Assembly: GCA_043788365.1 (NCBI GenBank) | Contig: JAYVTZ010000002.1 | Coordinates: 51,208-115,207 of the forward strand | Origin: Burkholderiaceae bacterium | GTDB lineage: Bacteria; Patescibacteriota; Saccharimonadia; Saccharimonadales; AQU-01 | Direction of reading: 5' to 3' | Length of the DNA: 64,000 nucleotides | Shown here: positions 44,148 to 54,603 of the stretch, in pieces | How positions within the stretch are numbered: position 1 is the stretch's first letter | Layout of the letters: every line of letters begins with the position of its first letter | Translations under genes and position numbers: made by a program | The notes under the pieces: model-generated | The model's input: only the letters and a program-made list of their open reading frames with translations | The model's database searches: none | Told to the model about the DNA's origin: nothing

Positions 44148-44885
44148 CTAGTTGGCGTCGCGTCTAAGAAATAGCTGCCAAGCTATAAATAATCCAACTG
44201 TGATGTAGCCAAACGATACAAGGGCTGCTCGTTGGTAAGATATCATCTGGATGTGATTATGGCTAAGTACGCCTTGTAAGGCCATGAACGGTAAGTAGAC
44301 AACATCTTTCTTGAATAGTAGGCCCAGCAGCGGCTCAATCGTCCCCGGCAAGAATAATAACGCCAAAAATGTACCTACTTGAGCTCTAATTATCAGCGCA
44401 AAAATCATCCCCATCATTGAATAGCCCCACGAGAAGTAGATTGACCGCCAGAATAGGTCAGCCAGAGGGAAAACTTGGTGCGCTAAGTAGCCACCCTGAA
44501 TTTTAAGCCCCAGATCAGTTAAGGCTGGCGCCAACGCGCCAACAAACAACGCCATAACGACGGCCAGAGTAGAGATGGCAATAATTTTGGCAAAAAATAC
44601 CTGAGTACGGTTACGTGACAAAGTTAGGGTGTAGCTGATTGTGTTGTACCTGTATTCGTGTGTGACAAGCAAAACACCGATGAAACTTACGATTCCGGTT
44701 ATGATTCCAACTGACGAAGTTACCTCGCCGGCGAGCTTATTTGGGTCAAAATTTATGAAGTCACCTTTAAGACCATCGATATAAAATGAGACAAGGCCGA
44801 CAATTAGTAGTGCAATCGCAATCAACACATAGGTCGAGCGAACGGTCAGGATTTTTCGATATTCAGCCTTGATTGCGTTAATCAT
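44148..44885 (-). CDS. ABC-2 type transporter permease
   Basis: 245 aa, 6 TM, overlaps the upstream ATPase gene by 8 nt. Confidence 0.7.
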   Translation of the reverse strand: MINAIKAEYRKILTVRSTYVLIAIALLIVGLVSFYIDGLKGDFINFDPNKLAGEVTSSVGIITGIVSFIGVLLVTHEYRYNTISYTLTLSRNRTQVFFAKIIAISTLAVVMALFVGALAPALTDLGLKIQGGYLAHQVFPLADLFWRSIYFSWGYSMMGMIFALIIRAQVGTFLALLFLPGTIEPLLGLLFKKDVVYLPFMALQGVLSHNHIQMISYQRAALVSFGYITVGLFIAWQLFLRRDAN

Positions 44886-45789
44886 TACTTTTACCCGCTT
44901 TGTATTCTTGACTAGAGGATGTTAGCTCCAAAAATGCGTCTTCTAATGATGCTGAACGCGCAGTCAACTCTAGTGTCGTAACCCCGGCCTTAAATGCCAG
45001 TTGCCCGACCTTATCAACATTTAAGTCATAAATTATTAGCCCGTCGTCTTGCTTTTCAAATTTTACCTTTTTAGTTTTTAAAAACTTGGCGAGTTTGGTC
45101 TGGTTAGACGACCTGACAAATACACTTGGGTTAGAATTGCTAGCGATAATCTTGGCGACCGAAGAATTAGTAATCATCTTGCCCTTACCAATTACGATAA
45201 TGTCATCAGCCATCAATGCCATCTCACTAAGCAAGTGACTCGATACCAAAACGCCATTGCCCTCTTTGGCATAGTTTTTGATAAATTTCCTAAGCCAGGC
45301 GATACCTTCTGGATCGAGTCCGTTAGCCGGCTCATCGAGTAGCAGATACTTTGGCTCACCAAGTAAGGCAGCAGCGATGCCAAGGCGTTGACTCATACCA
45401 AGAGAGAATTTGCCTGGACGTAGCTCGGCTACATCACTAAGTCCAACAATATCGAGGACTTCATCGACCCTATCCTGACTCATGCCACCAGCCGTCGCCA
45501 GGACCGACAAGTGGTCATAGGCAGTCCGCGTAGGGTGAAAGGCCTTTGCCTCTAGTAAGATGCCGACAATTGATGATGGCTTTTCATAAGATGTCAGTGG
45601 CTTGCTGTCATATAGAGTGCTACCCTTGCCAGTGCTAAGACCCAACATTAACCTCATAGTCGTCGACTTGCCCGAGCCGTTTGGTCCCAAAAAGCCAGTA
45701 ACCTTGCCAGGTTTAACTCTAAAACTAAGGTTATCGACTGCTAGTCGGCCTCGATATTTCTTACTAACTCCTGTGACTTCAATCATCAT
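44878..45789 (-). CDS. ABC transporter ATP-binding protein
   Basis: GPNGSGKST, LSLGMSQRL and LLLDEP. Confidence 0.9.
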   Translation of the reverse strand: MMIEVTGVSKKYRGRLAVDNLSFRVKPGKVTGFLGPNGSGKSTTMRLMLGLSTGKGSTLYDSKPLTSYEKPSSIVGILLEAKAFHPTRTAYDHLSVLATAGGMSQDRVDEVLDIVGLSDVAELRPGKFSLGMSQRLGIAAALLGEPKYLLLDEPANGLDPEGIAWLRKFIKNYAKEGNGVLVSSHLLSEMALMADDIIVIGKGKMITNSSVAKIIASNSNPSVFVRSSNQTKLAKFLKTKKVKFEKQDDGLIIYDLNVDKVGQLAFKAGVTTLELTARSASLEDAFLELTSSSQEYKAGKSND

Positions 45790-45824
45790 ATCTAATTATA
45801 TACGAGCTATGCGCAAACGAGCTA

Positions 45825-46814
45825 CTAATTAGAAAGTATTGCAACCAATTCTTCAGTCGACTGGGCCACCATAAGTTGCTCACGTAACTCCTTGGCACCA
45901 TCAAAACCATTGATGTATATCTTGCAGAATTTGTTGAGTGTGACCAATTTACGTTCGTTATTTTGCCAGGTTTTAGCGAACAGTAGGACGTGCTTTTTAT
46001 AGAGCTCAATTTTAGCCTCTTTCGTAACATTTACCCAAGGAGATATGCCGTCTTCATTATGAGCAAAAAGGTAAGGGTCATGGAAGATACCACGGCCAAC
46101 CATAACTCCGTCTAGCCCATGCAGAACAGCCAGTTCTTCGCCTTGTTTCCTAGTCAGAACATCGCCGTTACCAACGATCAAGGTGGCCGGCGAGATTTTA
46201 TCACGTAGCTCTCTGATTTGCTGTATTACATTCCAATCGGCCGGGACCTTGCTCATCTGTTTCCTCGTCCGACCATGGATTGTTAACATGTTAAGATTTT
46301 GCTTAAGTAGTAGCTCATGCCAAGTTAAGTCGATGGCACTAAAGCCAATGCGAGTCTTGGCACTAAGCGGCAATGGCTCGTCTAAACCGAGTTCTTTGGC
46401 GGCGTCTTCAAGACCTTTTTGGGAGGCCTTGATAATCTCGACAGCTAGGTCTCTATTCTCGGGCAGTATGAAGGCCGAACAAACACCACTGCGGACGACG
46501 TTCTTCTCAGGGCAACCGAAGTTTAAGTCCATGCCGTCAAAGCCAAGTTCTGTAATCAACTTAGCGGTCTTATAAAAGTTTTCTGGTGTCTTGCCCCAAA
46601 CTTGAGCGACTAACGGCCGTTCCTTGTCGGTAAAGTATAGTTTTGGCATCAATTTATCACGACCAGCGCTATGCAAGCCATCAACGTTTACGAATTCGGT
46701 GAAATATAAATCAGCTGGCGCTGTAGTCGCAATAATTTGCCGAAAAACTGTATCAGTGACATCATCCATCGGTGCCAGCACAAAGAAAGGCTTAGGTAAG
46801 CTATGCATATTCAT
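45825..46814 (-). CDS. tRNA-dihydrouridine synthase (Dus family)
   Basis: LAPMDDVTD, NFGCP and LTIHGRT motifs. Confidence 0.85.
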   Translation of the reverse strand: MNMHSLPKPFFVLAPMDDVTDTVFRQIIATTAPADLYFTEFVNVDGLHSAGRDKLMPKLYFTDKERPLVAQVWGKTPENFYKTAKLITELGFDGMDLNFGCPEKNVVRSGVCSAFILPENRDLAVEIIKASQKGLEDAAKELGLDEPLPLSAKTRIGFSAIDLTWHELLLKQNLNMLTIHGRTRKQMSKVPADWNVIQQIRELRDKISPATLIVGNGDVLTRKQGEELAVLHGLDGVMVGRGIFHDPYLFAHNEDGISPWVNVTKEAKIELYKKHVLLFAKTWQNNERKLVTLNKFCKIYINGFDGAKELREQLMVAQSTEELVAILSN

Positions 46815-46820
46815 GTTAGT

Positions 46821-47576
46821 TTAATGCCTAGACCGGTCTGCAATCAACTGAATTAAGTCTGGCTGCTCTTGAAACTCTCTTGGTCTACTAATAATATATC
46901 TCATCAATTTTTCTCTAGTTCCAGCCGTAACTCGACCTTTTTCAAAACCTTTTGTGACTGAGGCTAACTGGTCGGCATAGTGTATGACTTTCTTCATACT
47001 ATTCTTACCAGCTAAAACCGTAAGTTTTCTAGCAGCATCCTCTGAAGTATCAAACTTATCCCGAATAGTTCGCGTTAGTCTATCGGCGGCTGCATTTCGA
47101 ACAATCCTCGTCTCACGACCGGCGACCATAAGGTCGGTTACATAGTCGCCAACACGATGCGTGACAGTTTCTACGGTATCGTCCTTAAGTACGGGCACAA
47201 ATTCACCGCCAGTGGCGACACGATATAGTGACTGACAGGTGTCTGAAGCAAAGGTTGCTGTCATGACTCGGTCAACAAACATGTCAGATTTCTCGCGCCG
47301 TACGATCGCCCTGCTGATCTGCATTTTTCTGGCTAATTCGTCTCTTGTGAGTTCGCCTGTTCTTAATCTTTCAAGAGCGTCAGCTGGAACACCACCTTGT
47401 GAAACCTGATCAAAAAATCGGGCGTCATCGATAATCGCTAGATCATCTTCGTTATTAACTAGTAATGGGCCATTATTCGGGCTATCTAGATAACGACCGA
47501 TCTTGGCCATAACTGGTATTTCGAAAGAGTTAAATGGTGATGGTTGTCGAACCGGGGCTGGTCTAGCTTGTGTCAT
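46821..47576 (-). CDS. Hypothetical protein with HTH-like segment
   Basis: LTRDELARKMQISRAIVRR resembles a helix-turn-helix; otherwise unrecognised. Confidence 0.45.
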   Translation of the reverse strand: MTQARPAPVRQPSPFNSFEIPVMAKIGRYLDSPNNGPLLVNNEDDLAIIDDARFFDQVSQGGVPADALERLRTGELTRDELARKMQISRAIVRREKSDMFVDRVMTATFASDTCQSLYRVATGGEFVPVLKDDTVETVTHRVGDYVTDLMVAGRETRIVRNAAADRLTRTIRDKFDTSEDAARKLTVLAGKNSMKKVIHYADQLASVTKGFEKGRVTAGTREKLMRYIISRPREFQEQPDLIQLIADRSRH

Positions 47577-47585
47577 ATCTATTTA

Positions 47586-47927
47586 TTAACGTTGGCGTCT
47601 TATTTCGGTCATTTTTTCACTCAAAGTTAGTGGTTTTTTCGAGACTTTTTGGTGAAGACCTTCAGTCTGTAGCCTGATATCATCTGGCATAGCGACAGCT
47701 GGGGTTGTAGGGTCAACTTTAGGAACAACTTCAGTACTTACTTCTACCGGAACAGGTTCAGCTATAACAACACTTCCAAGATTGCCGACAATCTCTGCGA
47801 ATTCTTCGGGGGTGGCATAGCCCAGTTCTTTAGCCGCTTCTGGTGTGATACCATCGTCCGGACGACCAAACTGAGTGTTATGCATGTTGTCGGACTGAGC
47901 TCTTGCTAAATCTTTTATCGAAGTCAT
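47586..47927 (-). CDS. Hypothetical protein (113 aa)
   Basis: ORF only; co-oriented with and 9 nt upstream of 46821..47576. Confidence 0.4.
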   Translation of the reverse strand: MTSIKDLARAQSDNMHNTQFGRPDDGITPEAAKELGYATPEEFAEIVGNLGSVVIAEPVPVEVSTEVVPKVDPTTPAVAMPDDIRLQTEGLHQKVSKKPLTLSEKMTEIRRQR

Positions 47928-48038
47928 ATTATTATTATTATATCACACTTATGCTTGTAAGTCTACCCCTTTACGGCTATATATTTGTGATTTGGACTAT
48001 GAGACAATGTTGTTAATTAACCATAAAGGAACAATATT

Positions 48039-48740
48039 TTGAAAGCTCTACCGCGTCACAAGACAAAGACACATCACCATACAGTATTCCCAGTAAGCTC
48101 CAGCTCGCTGTTCGAACCTAGCAAACAGGCATTCATGAGAAATATTAATAGCTTTATCGTACTGCTGGCCCTACCATTTTTGTTTACTATCAGCAACGCC
48201 GGTTCTGGTGGTAAAGGGCCGAGCATTGGCAATATGACAATAAATGGCTTAACCGCAATCCTATCTGGAGCCGTGGTAGTTGGCGTAATCTTAGTCATAC
48301 TAGGTGTTATGACAACAAAGCTCGAGCTTGAAGCCGCAAAAGGTAACGTAGTAAGTATTAGTGAGCTATGGAATAGCACTAAGTCACGCATGTTGTCGTT
48401 TATCCTACTAGGCATCGCTATCGGCGTCATTGTATTTCTCGGCTTTTTAGCGCTAGTCATACCTGGCTTTATACTTTTAAGGCGCTATGTTTTTGCCCCT
48501 TATATTTTCCTAGATGACGATAAGATTACCGTCACTGACGCCATGCGTAAGAGCGCTGAACTTTCTAAGCCCTTCTCTGGTTATATTTGGGGAGTAATTG
48601 GCATTACTCTACTCTTAGCCCTTACCGGCATCCTGCCACTTATTGGTTCAATCGTTTCTTTTGCCCTGACATCGCTGTATAGCGTCGCCATGCCACTACG
48701 CTACCTAGAAATAAAGAAACTCGTAGAAGAAGAGTTTTAA
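48039..48740 (+). CDS. Hypothetical polytopic membrane protein
   Basis: Several TM helices. The likely true start is MRNINSF at 48135. Confidence 0.55.
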   Translation: MKALPRHKTKTHHHTVFPVSSSSLFEPSKQAFMRNINSFIVLLALPFLFTISNAGSGGKGPSIGNMTINGLTAILSGAVVVGVILVILGVMTTKLELEAAKGNVVSISELWNSTKSRMLSFILLGIAIGVIVFLGFLALVIPGFILLRRYVFAPYIFLDDDKITVTDAMRKSAELSKPFSGYIWGVIGITLLLALTGILPLIGSIVSFALTSLYSVAMPLRYLEIKKLVEEEF

Positions 48741-48742
48741 AT

Positions 48743-49843
48743 TTACTCCCAACGGAAGACGCGAAAAGCAATCAAATAGATAACGACCGTCCAGATACCG
48801 ATTAAACCAAGTTGGGGGCCGATTTCACTCAAGTGCTTGCCCTCAGTGGCAATTAGGCGTATGCCGTCAATCACTGGCGTCAGGGGCAAATAGGTGGATA
48901 CGTGCTGCAACCACTCCGGCATGGCGTAGCGCGGGAAGAACGTACCTGACAGAAACATCATCGGGAATACAATCAAGTTAGATAATGGCGCAGCTTGGCG
49001 TTCATTCTTTGACCAGCCACCGATGGCTAGGCCAATACCGTAGATGGCCGTTATGCCAAGAGCCAGAAATGCTGCCAGTTCAAACCAATTACCGACGACT
49101 TTTAGATGGAAAACCAGAATAGCCACAATAAACGAAGCGCTAAGTGTGATGATGCCAATGATGGCCTGGGCAATCACGCTCGAAACAAAGTACTGCCAAA
49201 CTTTTAGTGGTGTGGTGTGGAGGCGACGCAGGATTCCTTGCTTCTTAAGTTCAGGGAAAACGTTAACTGGACCAAAAATACCGAGACCGATGATCGAGAA
49301 GCCTAGTAGACCAGAGAAGGTGTAGTCAAAGCGAGATAGACTTTTCTCGTTATCACGGCTGGCGCTGACGGTAAAAGGCTCTTTGGTGGCCACGAATTGG
49401 CCGTTGATGCCCTTAAACTGAGTCTGTAGGACAGATATCAAGGTCTGGGCCGATTGCTCATTATTGGCCGTATAAATGACCTGGGCCTGACCGGCAGGCG
49501 AACCGTCTTTGATGTCGCCAAAGTTTGCTGGCAAAATAATCGTGGCATCAATCTCACCGCGTTTCATCTTCTCTTTTGCCTGTTCTAGATTAGCGACGCT
49601 AGTATTAATCTTAAATAGCTTATTGGTCTTGGCCCCGTCAACATAGCTTTTAGCAAAGCTGCTCGATGACTCATTAATTAGCCCGACCTTGAACGACAAA
49701 TCACCGCCCTTACTCATAGCACCGAAGATAAACAAGAAGATTAGTGGGAAAATAACCGTGAAGAAAATCGCTAAGCGGTCCCGAAAGAAGCGCTTGGTGC
49801 CGATTTTGATGAATATCCAGACCGTAAATAGTTGCTTCTTCAC
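48743..49843 (-). CDS. ABC-2 type transporter permease
   Basis: 366 aa: N-terminal TM, large loop and 5 C-terminal TM helices. Confidence 0.75.
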   Translation of the reverse strand: MKKQLFTVWIFIKIGTKRFFRDRLAIFFTVIFPLIFLFIFGAMSKGGDLSFKVGLINESSSSFAKSYVDGAKTNKLFKINTSVANLEQAKEKMKRGEIDATIILPANFGDIKDGSPAGQAQVIYTANNEQSAQTLISVLQTQFKGINGQFVATKEPFTVSASRDNEKSLSRFDYTFSGLLGFSIIGLGIFGPVNVFPELKKQGILRRLHTTPLKVWQYFVSSVIAQAIIGIITLSASFIVAILVFHLKVVGNWFELAAFLALGITAIYGIGLAIGGWSKNERQAAPLSNLIVFPMMFLSGTFFPRYAMPEWLQHVSTYLPLTPVIDGIRLIATEGKHLSEIGPQLGLIGIWTVVIYLIAFRVFRWE

Positions 49844-49846
49844 TTC

Positions 49847-50605
49847 TTAGCTCCTTAGGTGTTTACCAGTTAGGTCAATAAAGACGTCTTCAAGGTTGGC
49901 CTGCTCGACCAGCTGCTCCTTCTTAAAGCCACGAGCTAGTAACTGCTTGACTAACTTCTTGGGCGAATCTATCGTCACAATCTTGCCTTCGTCCATAATC
50001 GCTACTCGGTCACAAAGCAACTCGGCTTCTTCCATATAATGTGTCGTCATAATAACTGTAATCCCTTTGTCTCTAACCTTCTGGACGAGTTCCCAGAGGT
50101 TTCGCCTGGCTTGGGGGTCGAGCCCAGTCGTTGGTTCATCCATAAAGAATACTTTTGGGTTATGCACTAGAGCGGCGGCAATACTGAAGCGTTGCTTCTG
50201 GCCACCCGACAGCTGCTCGATATAAGAACTAGCTTTAGACTCTAGATCAACATCTTTAAGAAACGCCATGGCGTCAACTCGCTCGCCGTAAGCGGCGGCA
50301 AACAACTCTAGCAGTTCGGTTAGCTTAGTCTTATCCTGAAAAGCTGGGCTCTGCGGCTGGACGCCAATAATCTGTCGAATCCTGGTCGGATTCTCGGCCA
50401 CGTTGATACCATCAAGCAGCACCGTGCCGCCGTCAATTTCGCGAATTGCTTCTATCATTTCAAGTGTAGTTGTCTTACCGGCGCCATTAGGGCCCAAGAT
50501 ACCAAATATCTCTCCCTTTTTAACTTCAAAGTTAATACCATCGACGGCTGTTTTGTCGCCATAGTTTTTGGTAAGATTGCTAACTTTTAGTATCACATCT
50601 GCCAT
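49847..50605 (-). CDS. ABC transporter ATP-binding protein
   Basis: GPNGAGKTT, LSGGQKQR and FFMDEPTTGLD. Confidence 0.9.
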   Translation of the reverse strand: MADVILKVSNLTKNYGDKTAVDGINFEVKKGEIFGILGPNGAGKTTTLEMIEAIREIDGGTVLLDGINVAENPTRIRQIIGVQPQSPAFQDKTKLTELLELFAAAYGERVDAMAFLKDVDLESKASSYIEQLSGGQKQRFSIAAALVHNPKVFFMDEPTTGLDPQARRNLWELVQKVRDKGITVIMTTHYMEEAELLCDRVAIMDEGKIVTIDSPKKLVKQLLARGFKKEQLVEQANLEDVFIDLTGKHLRS

Positions 50606-50741
50606 ATCGCTCTCTACTATATCGTATTTTTGACTCGATTGGCTAGATAAAACCCGGGCAAGTCCGTTGTACTATAATCTTCACTAAATAAAAAGTTCCC
50701 AGCCGTTGCTGACTGGGAACTTTAACTTTATAGTTTTTAAA

Positions 50742-50939
50742 CTATTTGTCGCGCTTGATTGTCAAGAATCCATTGCGTGGATTTTCGTTGACTGAGAAAC
50801 CAGCTGGCAAATCAGTTGCCTCTGGACGATCGTCCTTGCTGAAGTAGTAAATCATCTGCTGCTTGCCACCACGTAGTGTGACATTCTTTGAGTTTAGATG
50901 ATATGTTACGCCCTTTGAATTGGTGTGTTGATAACCCAT
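50742..50939 (-). CDS. Small conserved hypothetical protein (65 aa)
   Basis: KGVTYHLNSKNVTLRGGKQQMIYYFSKD... resembles a widespread uncharacterised small-protein family (from memory). Confidence 0.5.
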   Translation of the reverse strand: MGYQHTNSKGVTYHLNSKNVTLRGGKQQMIYYFSKDDRPEATDLPAGFSVNENPRNGFLTIKRDK

Positions 50940-51232
50940 TGTGCTACAACCTCTCCCTCTCTCTTATAGTTAGTAGTAGTACCCCTAACATACTCTGTAG
51001 TGTTTTGGCTTGTCAACCCTATAGAGTCAATTTATAGGCATAATTTGTAAAAATAACAGCATTTTGTATCTTGTCGGCCGCTTTCTTATCAGATTGAATA
51101 AATCAGCCCAAAAGTAAGTAAGGACTGAGGCTTCATAGTCAAAGGACAAATCTACAAAATACATTTGCATAACAATATGCTTATGTATTACACTGTTATG
51201 AGAAATTATAAGAGTAAAAAGGTGGAGTAATT

Positions 51233-51814
51233 ATGGAATTTGCCCAACGCGGTACCAATCAAACAACAACTAACCCTATGCCTGGTCACAGTGCAGGCCA
51301 CACTAAGTCTGCCGACATGGGCAAGAACAAGTTAATAACTTTGCTTATGCTTGTATCGACAGGTGTTCTACTAGTAAGTCTAATTTTCTACGCCGTAACT
51401 GGCAACACATTAGTCAACAACCGAGAAGTTGCCTATGTAGCTGGTGGTCAGTACCAGGCAGTCTTCCTAAATGGTGGCCAAGTATACTTTGGTCAGGTTA
51501 CAAACCTAAACACCAAGTATCTTCGTCTTCAGGACATTTACTACTTGCGCGTAAACCAAACCGTACAGCCAAACCAAGCATCTAGCGCTGCATCAAACGA
51601 TGTCTCACTAGTCAAGCTAGGCTGTGAGCTACACGGACCAACCGATGCAATGCTTATCAACCGCGATCAGGTCATCTTCTGGGAGAACCTAAAGACAGAC
51701 GGTCAAGTTGCTAAGGCAGTAGCTGAATACAAGAAGCAGAATCCAAACGGTCAAAAGTGTGACACAACTGCTACTACTACTCCAGCTCCTACTACGACTA
51801 CTACTAAGAAGTAA
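51233..51814 (+). CDS. Single-pass membrane/secreted hypothetical protein
   Basis: TM LITLLMLVSTGVLLVSLIFYAV and a Thr-rich C-terminus. Confidence 0.55.
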   Translation: MEFAQRGTNQTTTNPMPGHSAGHTKSADMGKNKLITLLMLVSTGVLLVSLIFYAVTGNTLVNNREVAYVAGGQYQAVFLNGGQVYFGQVTNLNTKYLRLQDIYYLRVNQTVQPNQASSAASNDVSLVKLGCELHGPTDAMLINRDQVIFWENLKTDGQVAKAVAEYKKQNPNGQKCDTTATTTPAPTTTTTKK

Positions 51815-52042
51815 TTGCTCTTTAGGTGATAGTAATAAAAACGTCCCTTCCGAGGGGTGTTTTTATATAGGAGATTGACCATTTGTCATTTAACATTGAC
51901 GCATTAATTTACCATTTAGTCATTTTGACATTGTAGGAGAGGCTGTAGCTTCAACGATAAATGGTTAATGCCCAAATAAATGTCGGATTTGAGGCTTTCG
52001 GCTTTTGACTAATTCCTAATTACTACTTACTATTTGCTGGTT

Positions 52043-52633
52043 CTAGTTACGAATTCTTGGCCTATTCGCAATAAATAGCACAATATAGGCTGACAGGGAC
52101 AGACCAGCTAGAACTAGGCTCCAGCCGGCTAAATCAGGCGACCAGGTTGGCGAAGTGAAATCAAATTTGTACAAGCTACTATCGACTAGATTGGCTTTGA
52201 CGTTATGCGAAGTCACATACGAGGTAATGCACGGTACTCTAGGACCACCAGAGAAACTCTGTGGTAGTTGTTTCTGGCAATAATCTTGAGCATCGGTATA
52301 GATCTTGCTTTTTTCGGTCGTAACTCTTGCCTGTTCATCGCTTTGTGCTCTGTCGTAACTATATTTAAGCTGAAGCGGTGGCTTTATTGAATTTTGTCCA
52401 CTGACGAGATTAGTATTCATGTGAGAGTAGACATAAATACGCAAGTTTCTTAAAGCTTCTTCGGTGTTGCCGTTAGCTTGGTCCGCCTGGATTACCTTAT
52501 CTCTTAAGCTAACCATATGTAAATTATTTTGTCTCATCGCATAGATGGCTATGACACCAAACAACAAGCTAGCAACCAACAAATACCATGGCTTTATCGT
52601 TTTAGATTTCAACAACTGAGATTGTTTGCTCAT
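52043..52633 (-). CDS. Bitopic membrane hypothetical protein
   Basis: N- and C-terminal TM helices flank a soluble domain. Confidence 0.55.
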   Translation of the reverse strand: MSKQSQLLKSKTIKPWYLLVASLLFGVIAIYAMRQNNLHMVSLRDKVIQADQANGNTEEALRNLRIYVYSHMNTNLVSGQNSIKPPLQLKYSYDRAQSDEQARVTTEKSKIYTDAQDYCQKQLPQSFSGGPRVPCITSYVTSHNVKANLVDSSLYKFDFTSPTWSPDLAGWSLVLAGLSLSAYIVLFIANRPRIRN

Positions 52634-52724
52634 TTCTAGTTATGATTATAGCCTCTTTAAAAAGTACGAACTAGCACTACGACTCATCTAGCTACTGGCC
52701 CCTAGCTCCTATATACTACTTGTC

Positions 52725-54035
52725 ATGCATATCTACTTTTCCGGCATAGGTGGCACAGGCATTGGGCCCTTAGCCTTAATTGCTAAGAAAGCCGGCTATG
52801 ATGTTAGTGGCTCAGATAAGCAAGATAGTCAGTATATCAAACATCTTGAAAAGCACGGTATCGAAGATATTAACATTGGTCAATCCGAAGATCACATCGC
52901 CAGAGTTCATGCCAGAAGGCCAATTGATTGGTTTGTTTATTCATCGGCTCTGTCAAAGGAGAATCCGCATCACCCTGAACTCGAATTTGTAATTAGCAAA
53001 CAGATTAAACGCAGCAAGCGCGATGAGTTCATTAACGAATTTATGCGCGAAAATCACCTTAAACTCATCGCTATCGCCGGTACCCACGGCAAAACCACGA
53101 CTACAGCTATGGTTATCTGGTTAATGAAAGAGTTAAAAATACCGCTTAGTTATTCGGTAGGTGCCAAGATTAACTTTGGCGAGATGGGTGATTTTGACCC
53201 TGAAAGTAAATACTTCATTTATGAGTGTGACGAATTTGACCGTAACTTTTTGGCCTTCATCCCCCACCTCAGCTTAGTTACTGGGGTAACTTGGGACCAC
53301 CACGAAATTTATCCGACCAGAGACAACTACAAGCGCGCATTTTCGGACTTTATCAGCCAGAGTCATAAAACTATCCTCTGGGAAGAAGATTTCGACTATT
53401 TGGGCCTGAACCTACGCGATAACCTACTGGTTCAAGACTCGTCAATTATCAAAAGAGAACAACATAAGATCAATTTAGCTGGGCTATATAACCGACTCGA
53501 CGCATGGCTAGCAATTGTGGCGGTTCAAAAGCTAACTGACGCTTCGCTTGAAGATTTGACCGAAATTATCAACCGGTTCCCAGGTACTAGTCGTCGAATG
53601 GAGAAAATTACAGATAACCTCTATAGCGACTATGCCCATACCCCCGAGAAAATCATTGGGGCCATGAGTGTGGCAATGGAAATGGCCGAGCGAAATGGCC
53701 AAAAAGTCGTTGTTATCTACGAACCACTAACCAACCGGCGCATGCATTACATGGCAGAGCAGCATTACAGCGTCTTTGACGGTGCCAGCAAGCTATACTG
53801 GGTTCCAAGCTATTTAGCCCGTGAAGACCCAAGCCAGCACATCCTGACACCTTCGCAATTAATAAAAAGCCTTAGTCCAGAGCTCCAGAGTATCGCCGAA
53901 CCGATGGAATTTGACGATAGGCTTGAAGTAGCTATCAGGCATCATCTTCATAACGGCGATATGGTCGTTTGTCTATCTGGTGGAGGTGGTAATAGCCTAG
54001 ACGAATGGCTGCGCGAAAGGTTCCCCGGAAAATAA
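52725..54035 (+). CDS. Mur ligase family enzyme (MurC/Mpl-like)
   Basis: MHIYFSGIGGTGIGPLALIAKKAGYDVSGSD and AGTHGKTTTTAM. MurC and Mpl cannot be distinguished by eye. Confidence 0.8.
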   Translation: MHIYFSGIGGTGIGPLALIAKKAGYDVSGSDKQDSQYIKHLEKHGIEDINIGQSEDHIARVHARRPIDWFVYSSALSKENPHHPELEFVISKQIKRSKRDEFINEFMRENHLKLIAIAGTHGKTTTTAMVIWLMKELKIPLSYSVGAKINFGEMGDFDPESKYFIYECDEFDRNFLAFIPHLSLVTGVTWDHHEIYPTRDNYKRAFSDFISQSHKTILWEEDFDYLGLNLRDNLLVQDSSIIKREQHKINLAGLYNRLDAWLAIVAVQKLTDASLEDLTEIINRFPGTSRRMEKITDNLYSDYAHTPEKIIGAMSVAMEMAERNGQKVVVIYEPLTNRRMHYMAEQHYSVFDGASKLYWVPSYLAREDPSQHILTPSQLIKSLSPELQSIAEPMEFDDRLEVAIRHHLHNGDMVVCLSGGGGNSLDEWLRERFPGK

Positions 54036-54036
54036 G

Positions 54037-54603
54037 ATGCCAGCTACTCAGGAGCTAGTCGACTACTATGATGAAACCGGCCAGTTGATTGGCCACTGCA
54101 CGCGTAGTCAAGCAGAAGATAATAACTATACGACTCCAAACGCCATTATTTTTATTTTTAACACCTCCGGCAAAGTCTTACTTCAAAAACGGGCCGATGA
54201 TAAGAAACACTATCCTGGCCTCTGGGACACTTCAGCTTGTGGCGGACTTGAACACGGCGAAGAGCCAGAACTGGCGGCCGAGCGTGAATTATTCGAGGAA
54301 ATCGGAATCAAGACTGACCTTATGTTAGTTGAGAAGTTTATCAATCCCTTTCCATCAGAAGATGGCAAACTGATTCGAACCCGGCTCAGCCACTTATTTA
54401 TCGGTGTTTCTGACCAAATGCCGACCCATAATCACGAAGTTTCAGAAATTCGGGCTTTTGACCCGGACAAACTACTTAAATTGGTGGCTGATAAACCTAG
54501 TGATTTCGTACCTTCATTTGAACTAGAAATTAGCAAAGCCTTAGCTGATTATAAAAAATTAATTGGCGGGTGGCCGGAAAGCGCCGTCACGAATAATCTC
54601 TAG
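54037..54603 (+). CDS. Nudix hydrolase (Idi-like)
   Basis: GGLEHGEEPELAAERELFEEIGI. Confidence 0.8.
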   Translation: MPATQELVDYYDETGQLIGHCTRSQAEDNNYTTPNAIIFIFNTSGKVLLQKRADDKKHYPGLWDTSACGGLEHGEEPELAAERELFEEIGIKTDLMLVEKFINPFPSEDGKLIRTRLSHLFIGVSDQMPTHNHEVSEIRAFDPDKLLKLVADKPSDFVPSFELEISKALADYKKLIGGWPESAVTNNL

